Positions 26,645 through 38,304 of a stretch of 64,000 bases of DNA are shown one piece after another. A model generated the notes under the pieces. The model saw only the letters and a program-made list of their open reading frames with translations, did no database searches and was not told the origin of the DNA. Origin of the DNA: Ostrea edulis (Eukaryota); NCBI RefSeq assembly GCF_947568905.1, contig NC_079165.1:96100001-96164000 (forward strand), read 5' to 3'. Numbering within the stretch: position 1 is the first letter of the stretch; every line of letters starts with the position of its first letter. The position numbers and the translations under genes are program-made.

Positions 26645-26805
26645 ATCTCTGGTGGCCATGGCATTTCTCCCTTCCTGTTACATTTGCTGCCATAGGTCAG
26701 CCACTGGAACTGACAGGTGAAAATGCCTGCCAGAAGATAAAGATCCTGGGTTGATGTTGTGTGAAGGAAGTATATGTAGTGGTCAGACGAGTTTGATCTA
26801 TAGTT

Positions 26806-26860
26806 GCCATAGCTTAGTTGGTAAAGCACCTGAATGGAGATGGGTCTGAGGTATGATCCA
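26806..26860 (+). pseudogene. Degenerate tRNA-like sequence (SINE head or tRNA pseudogene)
   Basis: Has an A-box-like tagcttagttggtaaagc and a degenerate B-box-like ggtatgatcc. It lies within an about 200-bp unit delimited by two copies of gcatttct(t)cccttc(c/a)tgttaca (about 26662 and 26863). No intact cloverleaf could be built. Confidence 0.4.
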
Positions 26861-27214
26861 TTGCATTTCTTCCCTTCATGTTACAAGTGCATTCAGGGTT
26901 CCAAATTACTGATTGCCCACTCGCATTGATGACCATACTTTGCTTGTGGGCACCCCAAATTCCCAGTCTCATCACCACAAAATAGAATAGATTGCTAATG
27001 ATGATGCGGTTACATAAAGTAAACGGCAAAAAGAAAGTGTAAGGCAGACAGAACAACACTGAGTAATAACACTCTGGTGAAGTCATTGAGTTTGTTTATG
27101 CTATTGGGGCAGAATGACTTCAGTCTATGTATTCAGAATTTCTAAAACTTTAGCAGTCTAATTTTTTTTTGATTATTATTCATTATTATTTTTATGCCCC
27201 CAAGATCAAAGATC

Positions 27215-27248
<34 letters not shown>

Positions 27249-27249
27249 A

Positions 27250-27301
<52 letters not shown>

Positions 27302-27412
27302 TGATAATTCACATGAGTATTCCTTGTGACAAGACCTTTCCGTGGGTACCAACATTTTTTACCCTGTCACCTCGACTTTGGAGTTTGACCTACTTTTTGA
27401 AAACTTTAACCT

Positions 27413-27445
<33 letters not shown>

Positions 27446-27446
27446 A

Positions 27447-27488
<42 letters not shown>

Positions 27489-27642
27489 ATTGGTACTAAA
27501 GCTTTTGACCTTGGCATTTGACCTACTTTTAAAAATTTGACATTGGTCATAACTTCTAAATGATAAATATTAGAGCTTTCATACTGCACATGAGCATTTC
27601 TTGTTACAAGATCTTTCTACTGGTACCAAGATATTTGTCCTT

Positions 27643-28208
27643 CAATCTAATTAAGATTAGATGTTAGATCCGCTCTGACACATACTTGCTACACAAACAT
27701 CTAACAACATCCCAGAGGGTCACGTCAGAGGTCAAATTTGCAACAGCCAATCAGATTTCCCGCTTCATATCGATAGAGTATCATCCCGCAATTCCATGCA
27801 TTGTTTATGTAACAGTAAGGAAGACAAAAAACGGTGCCACCCATTATCGCATGTTTTTGATTAAATTTTAAACTATGGCGACATCTTGGGGGGGGGGGGG
27901 GGGGGGGGGGGATCTTTAATCCCCAGGAAGATATACTTCAACATTTAAGTATTTGTTTTCTTCATTTTTCAAAGCCTCAAGATCAAATATCTTTAAAACG
28001 GTTTTAATCGCTTCCAATTCTACTCTGTCACCATCTTTGATAAGTAACCAAATACACTATATAATGAGGATTCTCGTTGGATGCCGATGACACTTCTGCC
28101 TTTGTAGCGATTGGTGATTTTTATTAATGCAAATTTGACCTCTGATGTGACCCTCTATGGGATGTTGTTAGATGCTTGTATAGTGAGTATATGATTTTAA
28201 TTAGATTG
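27643..28208. mobile_element. MITE of the CAATCTAATTAA family with exact 9-bp TSD tttgtcctt, nested in a Helentron-like repeat
   Basis: Ends are caatctaattaa and ttaattagattg. A subterminal inverted block catctaacaacatccc..agagggtcacgtcagaggtcaaatttgca pairs with its complement at about 28128-28175. tttgtcctt is on both flanks. Confidence 0.82.
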
Positions 28209-31200
28209 TTTGTCCTTGTGACCTTGGCCATCTTTGGAATTGGTCATTATTGGGGGCATTTATGTTTCAGAAACATATTTTGTTTAAGATTATTTTTTAT
28301 GTCCATAATTAAGGTCTTCCGTAACAACGGAAGACCTTCTACTGATTGTGCTGGTTAAGATTATTCTTATTAATATTCTTTTTTTCTTCTTTTTCCTAGA
28401 CACTAACTTTGAAGCTTCATATCTCGCTCATTTCTGCATGGATTTTGCTCAAATTTTCAGGGTTTATAAACTTTACAGAACAATTTTAAAATCATGTACT
28501 ACAGTTCAGAAATTCCCTTCTGTTCACGAGTTATTCCCCTTTGAATGAAATTTATGGGGCTTTGGTTTCCAGACAAAGGCTCCGAGACTGTATAAGCTTG
28601 AGCAGAAAATGCATTGAAAAGTAGGAGCATTGTAGTTGTGCACATCGTTTTTTGATTGCAGGGTTCGAAATGGTGTTTGACAGGGTTAAAAAATTAGGAC
28701 ACCTAAAGGAGCAAAAAATTACACATATTTTCCTTTGTATCTTTTAAACTAAAAATATTTTGTTAAGACGTGTAGAACAAAAGTTGTGCAAAATGTTAAG
28801 AGCTTTCTTTTGAGATCCCTAAAAAGGGGCTGGCCCCTTAAATTAGGGATCTGGGGATCTTCAAAGTTTTCGCTTTATAACTCAAAAACGGTAAATATTT
28901 CGATATGGCTTTGGCTGGAAAAGTTGTTCTTTAACATCTTATTGATCTCATAAACACAATATTTTGCTCGAGTATTGTGTTATATATGAGTAAAAAGCTT
29001 GACCCACAAACAGGTAACCGTATCATTAGGTAGGTGAAGAGGGAAAAATATGCGTATAACTTAAATAAACTTGCTTTAATTGATAAATCTGACTCCATGA
29101 AATGCTAATATTCTTTTAAAATAAGGTTTTAACGTGATCTATGGTTCCTTTAAAAATCATCTATCGACAACTTTTTTTTTAATTATTATTTAGTAGCTTT
29201 AATATAAACAATCGTTCCAAAGAAAAAAAGAGGAAAAGGTTATCTCTTCTACATTTGTCAATTTAATTGAAGAAACAAACCTTCAAGCATAGAATAACTC
29301 AGTCATTAACTACACTCATCTTACATACACCGCAGGGTTTGTTTTTGTTTACAATTATGTAACCGCCTCAAGGAACCATCGTGTGTGAACCAGGGCATGT
29401 ACACAAAGTAAACATTGTCATCCTAAATATAACACAGAATGTTATGTTTTTGATCATATTGGATTTTTCGAATAATTCAGTCTTTCCGGGGATGTATATA
29501 CTTGTTTATACGTCCCTGGTCTTACGTTTTATTTGTTTTAAATTCAAAACTCTAGAGCATTGTGTCAGACATCAATTTAAAATCTGCAATTTAATATACA
29601 GTTCGTTTCTCAATCATGTCTAATTGAATGTGTGTTTAATATCGGAGATTCATCGCTGCTGGACTAGCGATCTGTGATTTCACACTACTTTAACTGAACA
29701 CACAAGCTTTACTCAAATTCTTCGTTGTGAAAAAGGAAATGGATACATTTTACAAACATAACGAATTATTTCAGAACATGTTTTGAAATCAATAGTTTAT
29801 AATCATGATTAAACCAAATCTAAACATGTGTATAGAATATTCAGAAACCCATGGCTGACCAGTCTCATTTCAAATGATTTGTTGTTTTATTTTTTAAAAA
29901 CAATGACTCCTGGTCCAAATTATGTAACTTCAGCACGTGCCTCTGGCGTGAAATTCATACGCGACTTCTGTGTGCACTGTGTACATAATATACCTACATG
30001 TATTTACGCAGATAGAATAAAATATTCAAGATTTGAGAGCAATTTATTTGATTTGTATTTATAAATAATTCAAACTCGATGAATTATTCTTATCAGTCTG
30101 AATATTATGCTCTCATAATTTTGTTGTATGATAAAATATTGGTAACAGCTATAAACCTTTATAAATTGTATGTCTAAACTAATATTAGTCCTCTCTCTGA
30201 CCACTCTTCCCTGCTCTGTATCTGTGGATGCTATGGGAAAGCAGGATAACCATTTTTGTCGAGGGGAGGGGGGATGATGTTACATATTTCCACACAAGGA
30301 TGAAAAACATCATCAGTTACAATTTTCAGCATTTTATTGGTCCAAAAACAGGCATTGTAATTCAATGGAAAATCGTCACCGTTATTGCCCATTGCCCCTT
30401 ACGGAAAAGCAATGTTTTTATGACATCTACAATATAAAACACTACTTTTTATAAAGCCTTCCCATTACAGCGAATTACAAAAGTGTAATATCTGACAATC
30501 TAACAAAAGAGACTGCCTCTTCGAGCTGGAAGAACAGACAACAATATTACCGAACACCAATTATAGTCCCAGCAAATAAAGTTTGAGATATCGCCAAGTC
30601 CGTCTATCCGTGCAAATGTGCCCAGACCACAACTTTTAAAAATACACCGTAAGCTCATTCTTCACATAAAGATTATTAATGACCATAACATGAATATTCT
30701 TGATGTAAGGTCATTTGCACCATTTCTAAAGGTCTAAAAATTAAAAATTGATTAGAGTCTTAATATATCTTACTAATGGAAATTTATTTTAATTAATAGT
30801 GATAAAAAGTTTCCATATGATCAAAGAATATGTCCTGGCCTTGACCCATGGTCACATTGTCAAGTTCACTTTTTAGAAAATACAAACCCTGTCCTGGCCA
30901 TATCAAGTAATGAAGAAACATTTAGATTTCATACTTACAACAGATTTTCATGTTAACTGAGGCTGCATTAGGACCTGACCCAAGGACATATGGTCAAGTT
31001 CAAGGTTTTTATGTCATACAGCTCCGACGGAAGACCTCTCGTTGCTTTGCAACGAGCTTTGCTCTAGTTAGTCTACTAATTATTTTTTTCCATGTTATTA
31101 TTATACTACAATACCAGATTTTATTAATTTATTGTTCTATATGGTCTGCAGTTCAACATTCATTATATAGCTTCACACCTCCAAGTACGAAATACTCATT

Positions 31201-31626
31201 ATAACTCGTCATTAGAACGGGTTCACATACTGCTTAATTATACTGATTAGTTATCCCAGTCTTTGTTTTTGACTTTATCCAGTGCAAGATTTAATTAATT
31301 CAATTCAGTCTTGAAACTGGTTCAGAACAGACTTTTCTATTGCACCATAGTGCACTCAATAATTTCAGTATGTAGACATTTTGTTTGTTATCAGGTTTTG
31401 TAGTTTAGTTTTAGTGTAAACTAGTTTGTTTTTTTATTTAGTTTTCATTTCTATTTAAATATTCCATCATCCTGAAGAAGGGACAGGTTATCCCAAAAAA
31501 TTGACAATTGAATATCTTTCATGTCATTGGTTTTTTTAGTGCTTTATTTATTTGACCTCATATCTACTATTAGATCTGACACTTTTGATGTTGAGTGTTG
31601 TTGGTTTTTAGTGCTTTCTATATAAG

Positions 31627-31627
<1 letters not shown>

Positions 31628-31680
<53 letters not shown>

Positions 31681-31722
31681 CTGTATATATCTCTATATAT
31701 ATCTATATCTATATATATATTA
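31628..31722. repeat. Compound (CT)n/(AT)n microsatellite abutting the acceptor of the first coding exon of the nuclear receptor
   Basis: Directly visible; the acceptor cag is at 31729-31731. Confidence 0.95.
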
Positions 31723-31761
31723 TATTTGCAGATAACAAGCTATCAATCAGCAACACAAAAT

Positions 31762-34700
31762 ATGGCTGAACCCAACCATAGCATAATGAGCACTAAGATT
31801 GAGAAAATACAACAAAGTGATGGCAATAACCCCAGCTTTGGTTTTGTGGTAACAGAGGGAACGGATCAAGGGGATCTACAGTCACAAGGTGGCAGAGTCA
31901 GAAACCTCTCCCCTCAATACCAGGGGGCAGGGGGCTATACTAGTGAAAATGTAGATACAAACTTCAACATGGAAATGGACAATCACCCTGGAAGTGGGCC
32001 AGAAAACATGACATCAGACCTCTTGGGTTCCCCAGAAATTCAGATCCATACCCAGGGAATGTCTTTGTCAACCTCTACAGTGGTCAGCTCAGGATCAATA
32101 CACTCAACCAGTAATGAGCACATGGTGCCCCCTGTTATACAGGTTACGGGAGTCAACGAAGAAACACAGGTATAATAGCATTCTTAAGATGTAAAAAAAA
32201 ATTCGGGAGTTGGGGCTGGGTCAGAATCTTAAAAGATAATTCAATCTTTCAATTTTTTCTTCTCCTGGACATTAAAAGACAAGGTTGCTGGATATAACTG
32301 GTAAACCTCCACTTCTTCCAATAAACCCTTTTATGCATCAAGATGGCTAAAGACTGTCCACCGATAAAACAAAACAGCACTCCTTACCTAAGTGAAATGT
32401 TTGATTTGTTCTTCTTTTACCGGGTGTCTATTAAATTTTCACATTTTTTACTTTTTCTCTAGGGTTATCAAATTTACTCTCAGTTTGAACAGTTGATTAC
32501 TTCATAATTTTTTTTCAGCAATAAGATTGCTCTATACTGAATCTGTTGAGTGTTTTAATGTTATGAACTTTAATACGAGCATTCACCTTCAGTTAAAATT
32601 TTGTGTTGCAGGCATATACTGGAGGAGAGGACTCCTCATCAAATGCATCCCCCTGTATGATCTGTAATGATCGAGGTTCAGGCTACCATTACTCTGTCTT
32701 TTCCTGTGAGGGGTGCAAGGGGTTCTTTAAACGCAGTGTGCAGAAGAATCTAGTGTACACCTGTAAAAACGAAGGGAACTGTGTCATCAACAAGTTCACC
32801 AGGAACAACTGTCAGTACTGTCGTTTTGTTAAGTGTACACAGATGGGCATGAAAAGAGAAGGTTTGTGGGCTTTTGAACTGAAGAAATTAAATGTAAACT
32901 GGATTTGTTTTTTTTAAATTATCCTGCCTGTGCAAGTGTGCTTAAACATATTGCAAAAATGAGCTCCTTCCTCAATGTTCTGTAAATGGAGAAATTGAAA
33001 GTATTTATATGTATTTTGACAAAATATTTATTTATTGGACGAGTCTTCTCAAAATAACTAAGAGGCCACATTTTGTGAATATGCTAGTATCATTTTGTCA
33101 AATCATGACATTTGGCTTTGTGTACAGCCACAGGAAGTGGGACAATGTCTCAAAGATTCATGACTCAGTATGAGCAAAAGAGGCGGGATGTAGAAGCATT
33201 GTAGAAGAAAGCAAATAAAATTTTCTGTTTACATGTGAGTTTGTCAAGGTGTGCTCCTTTGAAACAATGTATGGGCATTATTTGATGTCTGTAAAAAAAA
33301 AATAGTGTGGCTTATTTTGGTGATTTTCTTTTCTTATTTTGGTGATTTTATTTTCTCTCACCCCAAATCATCTTATTCCTTTCTAATATTATTTAAAAAT
33401 AATGAATGATTTTTATCAATTTTAGTTTAAACAATATTTATTCTAAAATAATTCGATAATGTTTACAAACAATGTCTTATACATGAAATAGATTGAGAAA
33501 CAAGCCAAAAGGCTTATATTAATCTCGCTCTTTATCAATTTTGAAATGATTGCATGTTCATCAATAGTTACACTAGGAGCTAACTTTACAGCAGAAAGCA
33601 AAAATATAGGGGAGGTAATTTAAAAGATTTGTTGTAAACTTGAAAGTAAATCCAGATAAATGCATAATATTGTATGAGTCATTGGGAGTCATTTTAATTT
33701 TTAAAACAAAGTTTGAACAACATGACGATTTTAATGCTTTTAAGTAGGAACTCAAGTTTTGCAAATGCATGAACGCAGTTTTCATGACTTTGTAATTTAC
33801 ATCTGCAGCCGTGCGAGAGGACAGATCCCCAGGAGGGAAACACCGAAACAAGAAGCCACGCCTAGATGAAATTCATGCTATGGTCAGTTCAGATGGGGAG
33901 GTGTTATTTGTTCCAGGGACCCAGGAGCCAAAGGTTTTAGAATCATTTGAAGACCCCATAACAGAAGGCCTTATTAATGCCCGACCAGATTTGATTCCAA
34001 GGGTTGATGGTCAGTGAACACTTGTTGCTAATGATGGGACTGGAGTTTTAGTTCACAAACAAATTATTTCATTAATTTGTCAATTCATAGAATACAATAA
34101 TAATTGGAAAAGATAATAGTATTTAACTGAATGGTAATTTCAAAATATACTTTGGATAATAGTGGAGTAATAATAATATGTATTTTGAAATATTTACTGT
34201 AACAATGGAATATTGCATGCAAGAATTGGTGATTTCTCTCTTTTTCTTTATAGGAAATATATGCCTACAAAGTATGGGCATTAATCAACTGATGCAGTAT
34301 GGTTATGCTGAACTGAAATACATTATCGACTGGGCAAAGAAAGTTCCTGGTAAATCTAGGGTGCTAATAGCAGAATGTGAAAAGATCGGATGATAAAGAT
34401 GATATTCATGAATGGGATTAGTCACACTATTAAAATATGTCTCTATGATACACTAAAAATGCCAGTTTTTTAAAATCATAAAGTGGTGCATTTGTTTTAA
34501 CAGGTTTCTCAGATTTGCGACTGGAAGACCAGATGGCCCTGCTGAAATCCTCTTTTATGGAACTGAATGTATTGAGATTGTCCTACAGGTCAGTGTATAA
34601 AAATATGCTGTGTATTGTGTTTTTCTAGGTACAACTACAGCCTGATCATTGTTCTCAATTTTAAACCAGAGTGAAAGTACTGTGTGATATACATCATCAC

Positions 34701-36472
34701 TGTATGTGTTTATGATGTGTCGAATACTAAGGCCAAAAATTAATCCATAGTTTCTCAGGCACTGCCACATCCATTGAAAAGGTACTGCATGGGATTTTTG
34801 TTTTCAATTTATAATTGTTTATTTATGTAAATGAGGTAACTCATGTGTTATCAACTTTCAGAAGGTTTTAATAAAACTAAGTATTTTTTTGATCAAATAA
34901 TTATTGAATGCATACTCATTTATGTGCAAGTGTTTAAGAGTAATATTATACACTTGTAGAAAGTGAGTAATGTGAAGCTATTTTTTTTTTATAAAAATAA
35001 TAATTCCATTGAATTAGAAAGAAAAGGTAACTCATGCTACAGTCAACAGAAAAAAGGAAAGATAACTCAAGCTACAGCCAAGTGAAAAAAGGAAAGATAA
35101 CTCAAGCTATAGCCAAGTGAAAAAAGGAAAGATAACTCAAGCTATAGCCAAGTGAAAAAAGAAATACCTTCTAACTTTATCAAAATTAAAATTTTTGACC
35201 TGAGAAACTATTCATTAATTTTTTGTGCCTAATTATAGAGCTGCTTTATTTCTTTTTATATGTATCGTGAATCACATGCATTTTGTGAAACTTCTGTGAT
35301 CTTTTCTTGTCAGATTCATCAGCAAGACTTGATTTTTGCAAGTCTACAGTTTGTTATCAATATGTATCCATGAAAACTTCATTTTTATGTCAAGACATCC
35401 TCAAGGGTTTATGCAGAAATATAGATTTTGCACTGAGAAAGTGATTTTACAGTAAGTCGTATCTATAGGTCAAATATTGGGGGGGGTGTGTGCATTTTCT
35501 TTTCAGTCTTGTCTTTCTGTCTGATCTCGGAGACTTCGAACTGTAAGATCAACTCTATGTCAATTTAAGACTTGATCTTCTTAATAATTTGTGACCTAAA
35601 GAAGTTAGAGAGTTCATATTGACCAAATGATAGAAATGGACGAGAGCTTTAAGATTTTGCTTCATCAAACTCTTCATGTTCAATCACTTGTGTAAAAGAC
35701 ATTAAAGTTACTTAAATTTAAATGGATCGGGATCAGTGTTATCATTGCATTGGTAACTATAAAATTAAATGAATCAGGATTGGCATTAGCATTCTGGCAA
35801 ACATTTTGGGAGAACTAGCGTGCTCTCATAAACATCCACGCATAGTAATTAGCATTCAGGCAGACATTTTGGGAGAACTAGCATGCTCTCATAAACATCT
35901 ACACATAGTAATTAGCATTCAGGCAGACATTTTGGGAGAACTAGCGTGCTCTCAGAAATATCCTCACATAGTAAGTTCCGTTACATACAGTAAGTCATCC
36001 ATTGCGTCTTCCTGATTTAAATCATTAGTTCATGTTACTTCTTTGAGTGAACTTGGTTGCTGTTCAATATACTGTATGTTGAGATGTTGAAAAGCTTTAA
36101 AGATATAGTGTTGTCAAATATTATATCATGGATCATTATTAATAGAAAGGGCATCATTGTGAATTGTTATAATTATGATATATTAATTTAATCATCACTT
36201 TGTTAAGTTGTAAGACCTTGGTATTCATAATTTTTATGTCATTGTGCAGTACATAAAGTTCCGGAATGAAATGTCACAGTTTATACCCAGTGTTCTTATG
36301 ATGTATGATTTATTGACGACATACATGGAGAAGATGAATATACACATCAAATGAATTTTATTGGCTGATTCATAATAATGTAATATTTACAGATTGTAGG
36401 TATGATATTTTATACAATTTTACATTCCTGCAAAAATTTTCTAGAGATTAGTTTCTGCTTTTAAATATATAT

Positions 36473-36514
<42 letters not shown>

Positions 36515-38304
36515 ATTATTACTACAGTAACTTGATCCGAAGAATTGGATCACGTTGAGTTGATAGGCACGGATCATCAGATCACACGAGACGTGAAGCG
36601 TTGAGTTTGATCTGATGATCCACGCCTGTCAACGAGACGTGATCCATCTCTTCGGATCAAGTTACTGTAGTAATGATAAATTTAAATTTATTATATACCC
36701 CCTTATGCATGTTAAATCCACATTTATAAGATAATAAATGTAATCCAAATTATCAAAAACACAGACATATCATGAAATTATGTTTTGTGTATGCAGTTTT
36801 GTTTTGTAACGAGGTCAATATTTTCAACAAATAATGTTGCATTGTGACGTCATTATGACGGCATCAGTTTCAGAGGATACTATATGGAATCAGAAAACCA
36901 CAGTGTGGTGATCTGGAAATCCGGATCACACGCTGTGAAATCCATAGTATCAAAGAATGATACATTGAGGAGCATATAATAAATATATATGTAATAGCAG
37001 TGAACAATGAGAAAAAGCGTATCTATATTTAAGCTATGTCTAGTATGCATTTTGATGAACTTATAGTCAAGCTTCACCTGAAAGAAAAATGGATAAAAAC
37101 CCTTTAGTGGTATAATTTGCACCCCCACCAACCAACCACCAACCACCCCCACAAAATTAGGAAGAAAGTGTGTAAATGTACTACATGTATATTTGGCAAA
37201 ATATAATTTTGTGTGTCAATGCCAACATTGTGAACACACTCCAGGGTTATACATAAACACCTTTAGTGACTTAGTAGCATTAGTCCAGTCAGAGTATTTT
37301 GTCAAATTCTGGACATTTCTAAATTTGAATTGACCACACTCAATGGCATTGTGTTTCACAAACATTTCTTGTTTGTTAAAGGAAAAAGAAACTGCATGTT
37401 CATTTCTTGTATTTACAATCTACTTTCATTTCTGTCAGAATTCCTAGTCATTTAAAATAGATGTACTATATTGATTAAGTACTCTGTATTCATATGTGCA
37501 GTTTACAACTGCAACGCATTCATGAGAAAATGCCCATCATTACAATTTTTAAAAATATTAAAGGTAAAAACATCGTAACTGTAAATAATACATCCTTTAT
37601 TTGAAGGTCAATGGATACAGGGAGCTGTATAAAGTTTGCTGAAGGATTAAAGGTACCCATAGAGCTGGCTCAGAAGATGGGATGGGGAAAGGAGCTGGTA
37701 GCAGCCACTGTAGAGTTTTCTGCCCGACTGAAGGAGCTGAATATCGACAAAGTGGAATTCTGTATCCTGAATGGCATTGTATTGACTTATCCAGGTAAAT
37801 ACAGCTTACTCCTACATTTTATAAAGAGCTGTTGGAAAAGCTGCCGGGCCAAAGATATTTTTCCGTGAACTTTTAATTTAAAGTGAGCTGATTATAGATT
37901 TTCTAATTTTCATCCCACCGCATGAAATTTTCGAATTGTTGAAAATTATAACACATTTTATAGGTATTTCAGACAATAAATACATGATTTTAAAATGTCT
38001 GAAATTACATGTAGCAATGTTCAGCAAGATTTTACTCCAATATACATAAGCATGCATTACATTTATAGATGCTCAAAACTTGGTGGAAAAGCAGAAAGTC
38101 ATTCTACTACAGACCCAGATTTTGGACAGATTGCGTAAATATCACAATCACAAGTATCCCGGCAATGTGAAAAGATACGGAAAAATGCTTCTACGACTGC
38201 CATTCCTACGTACAGTCAGTGCAAAAGCAGCAGAAAGGTTTCTGTCCTTGACACTGGATGGAACACTGCAGCTAAATGAACTTGTGTTAGAAATGATAAA
38301 CTGA
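31762..38304 (+). CDS. Nuclear hormone receptor (C4 zinc-finger DBD + LBD), 7 coding exons, 487 aa from ATG 31762; probably NR7/NR8 (NR8A1-like) subfamily
   Basis: Exons: 31732(ATG 31762)-32169, 32612-32861 ([66 protein letters not shown]), 33809-34009 ([13 protein letters not shown]), 34254-34349 ([10 protein letters not shown]), 34504-34588 ([15 protein letters not shown]), 37607-37794 ([19 protein letters not shown]), 38069-38304 ([13 protein letters not shown]...LVLEMIN-stop). All introns are GT-AG, phases match, 1464 nt. The family call is certain, the subfamily is tentative. The first exon is open upstream of the ATG, so an extra 5' coding exon is possible. Confidence 0.93.
35020..35165. 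repeat. 35-bp minisatellite, about 4 copies
   Basis: Unit aaaaaaggaaagataactcaagctatagccaagtg; period 35 (35061 to 35096). Confidence 0.85.
35795..35970. repeat. 63-bp tandem repeat, about 2.7 copies
   Basis: Unit gcagacattttgggagaactagcatgctctcataaacatctacacatagtaattagcattcag; it explains ORF 35806-36015. Confidence 0.85.
36518..36674. repeat. 157-nt hairpin (end of a non-autonomous element) in nuclear-receptor intron 5
   Basis: Left arm attactacagtaacttgatccgaaga..ggatcacgt..gttgataggcacggatcatcagatca pairs with right arm tgatctgatgatccacgcctgtcaac..acgtgatcc..tcttcggatcaagttactgtagtaat. One arm and downstream sequence recur at about 9405-9545. Confidence 0.8.
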
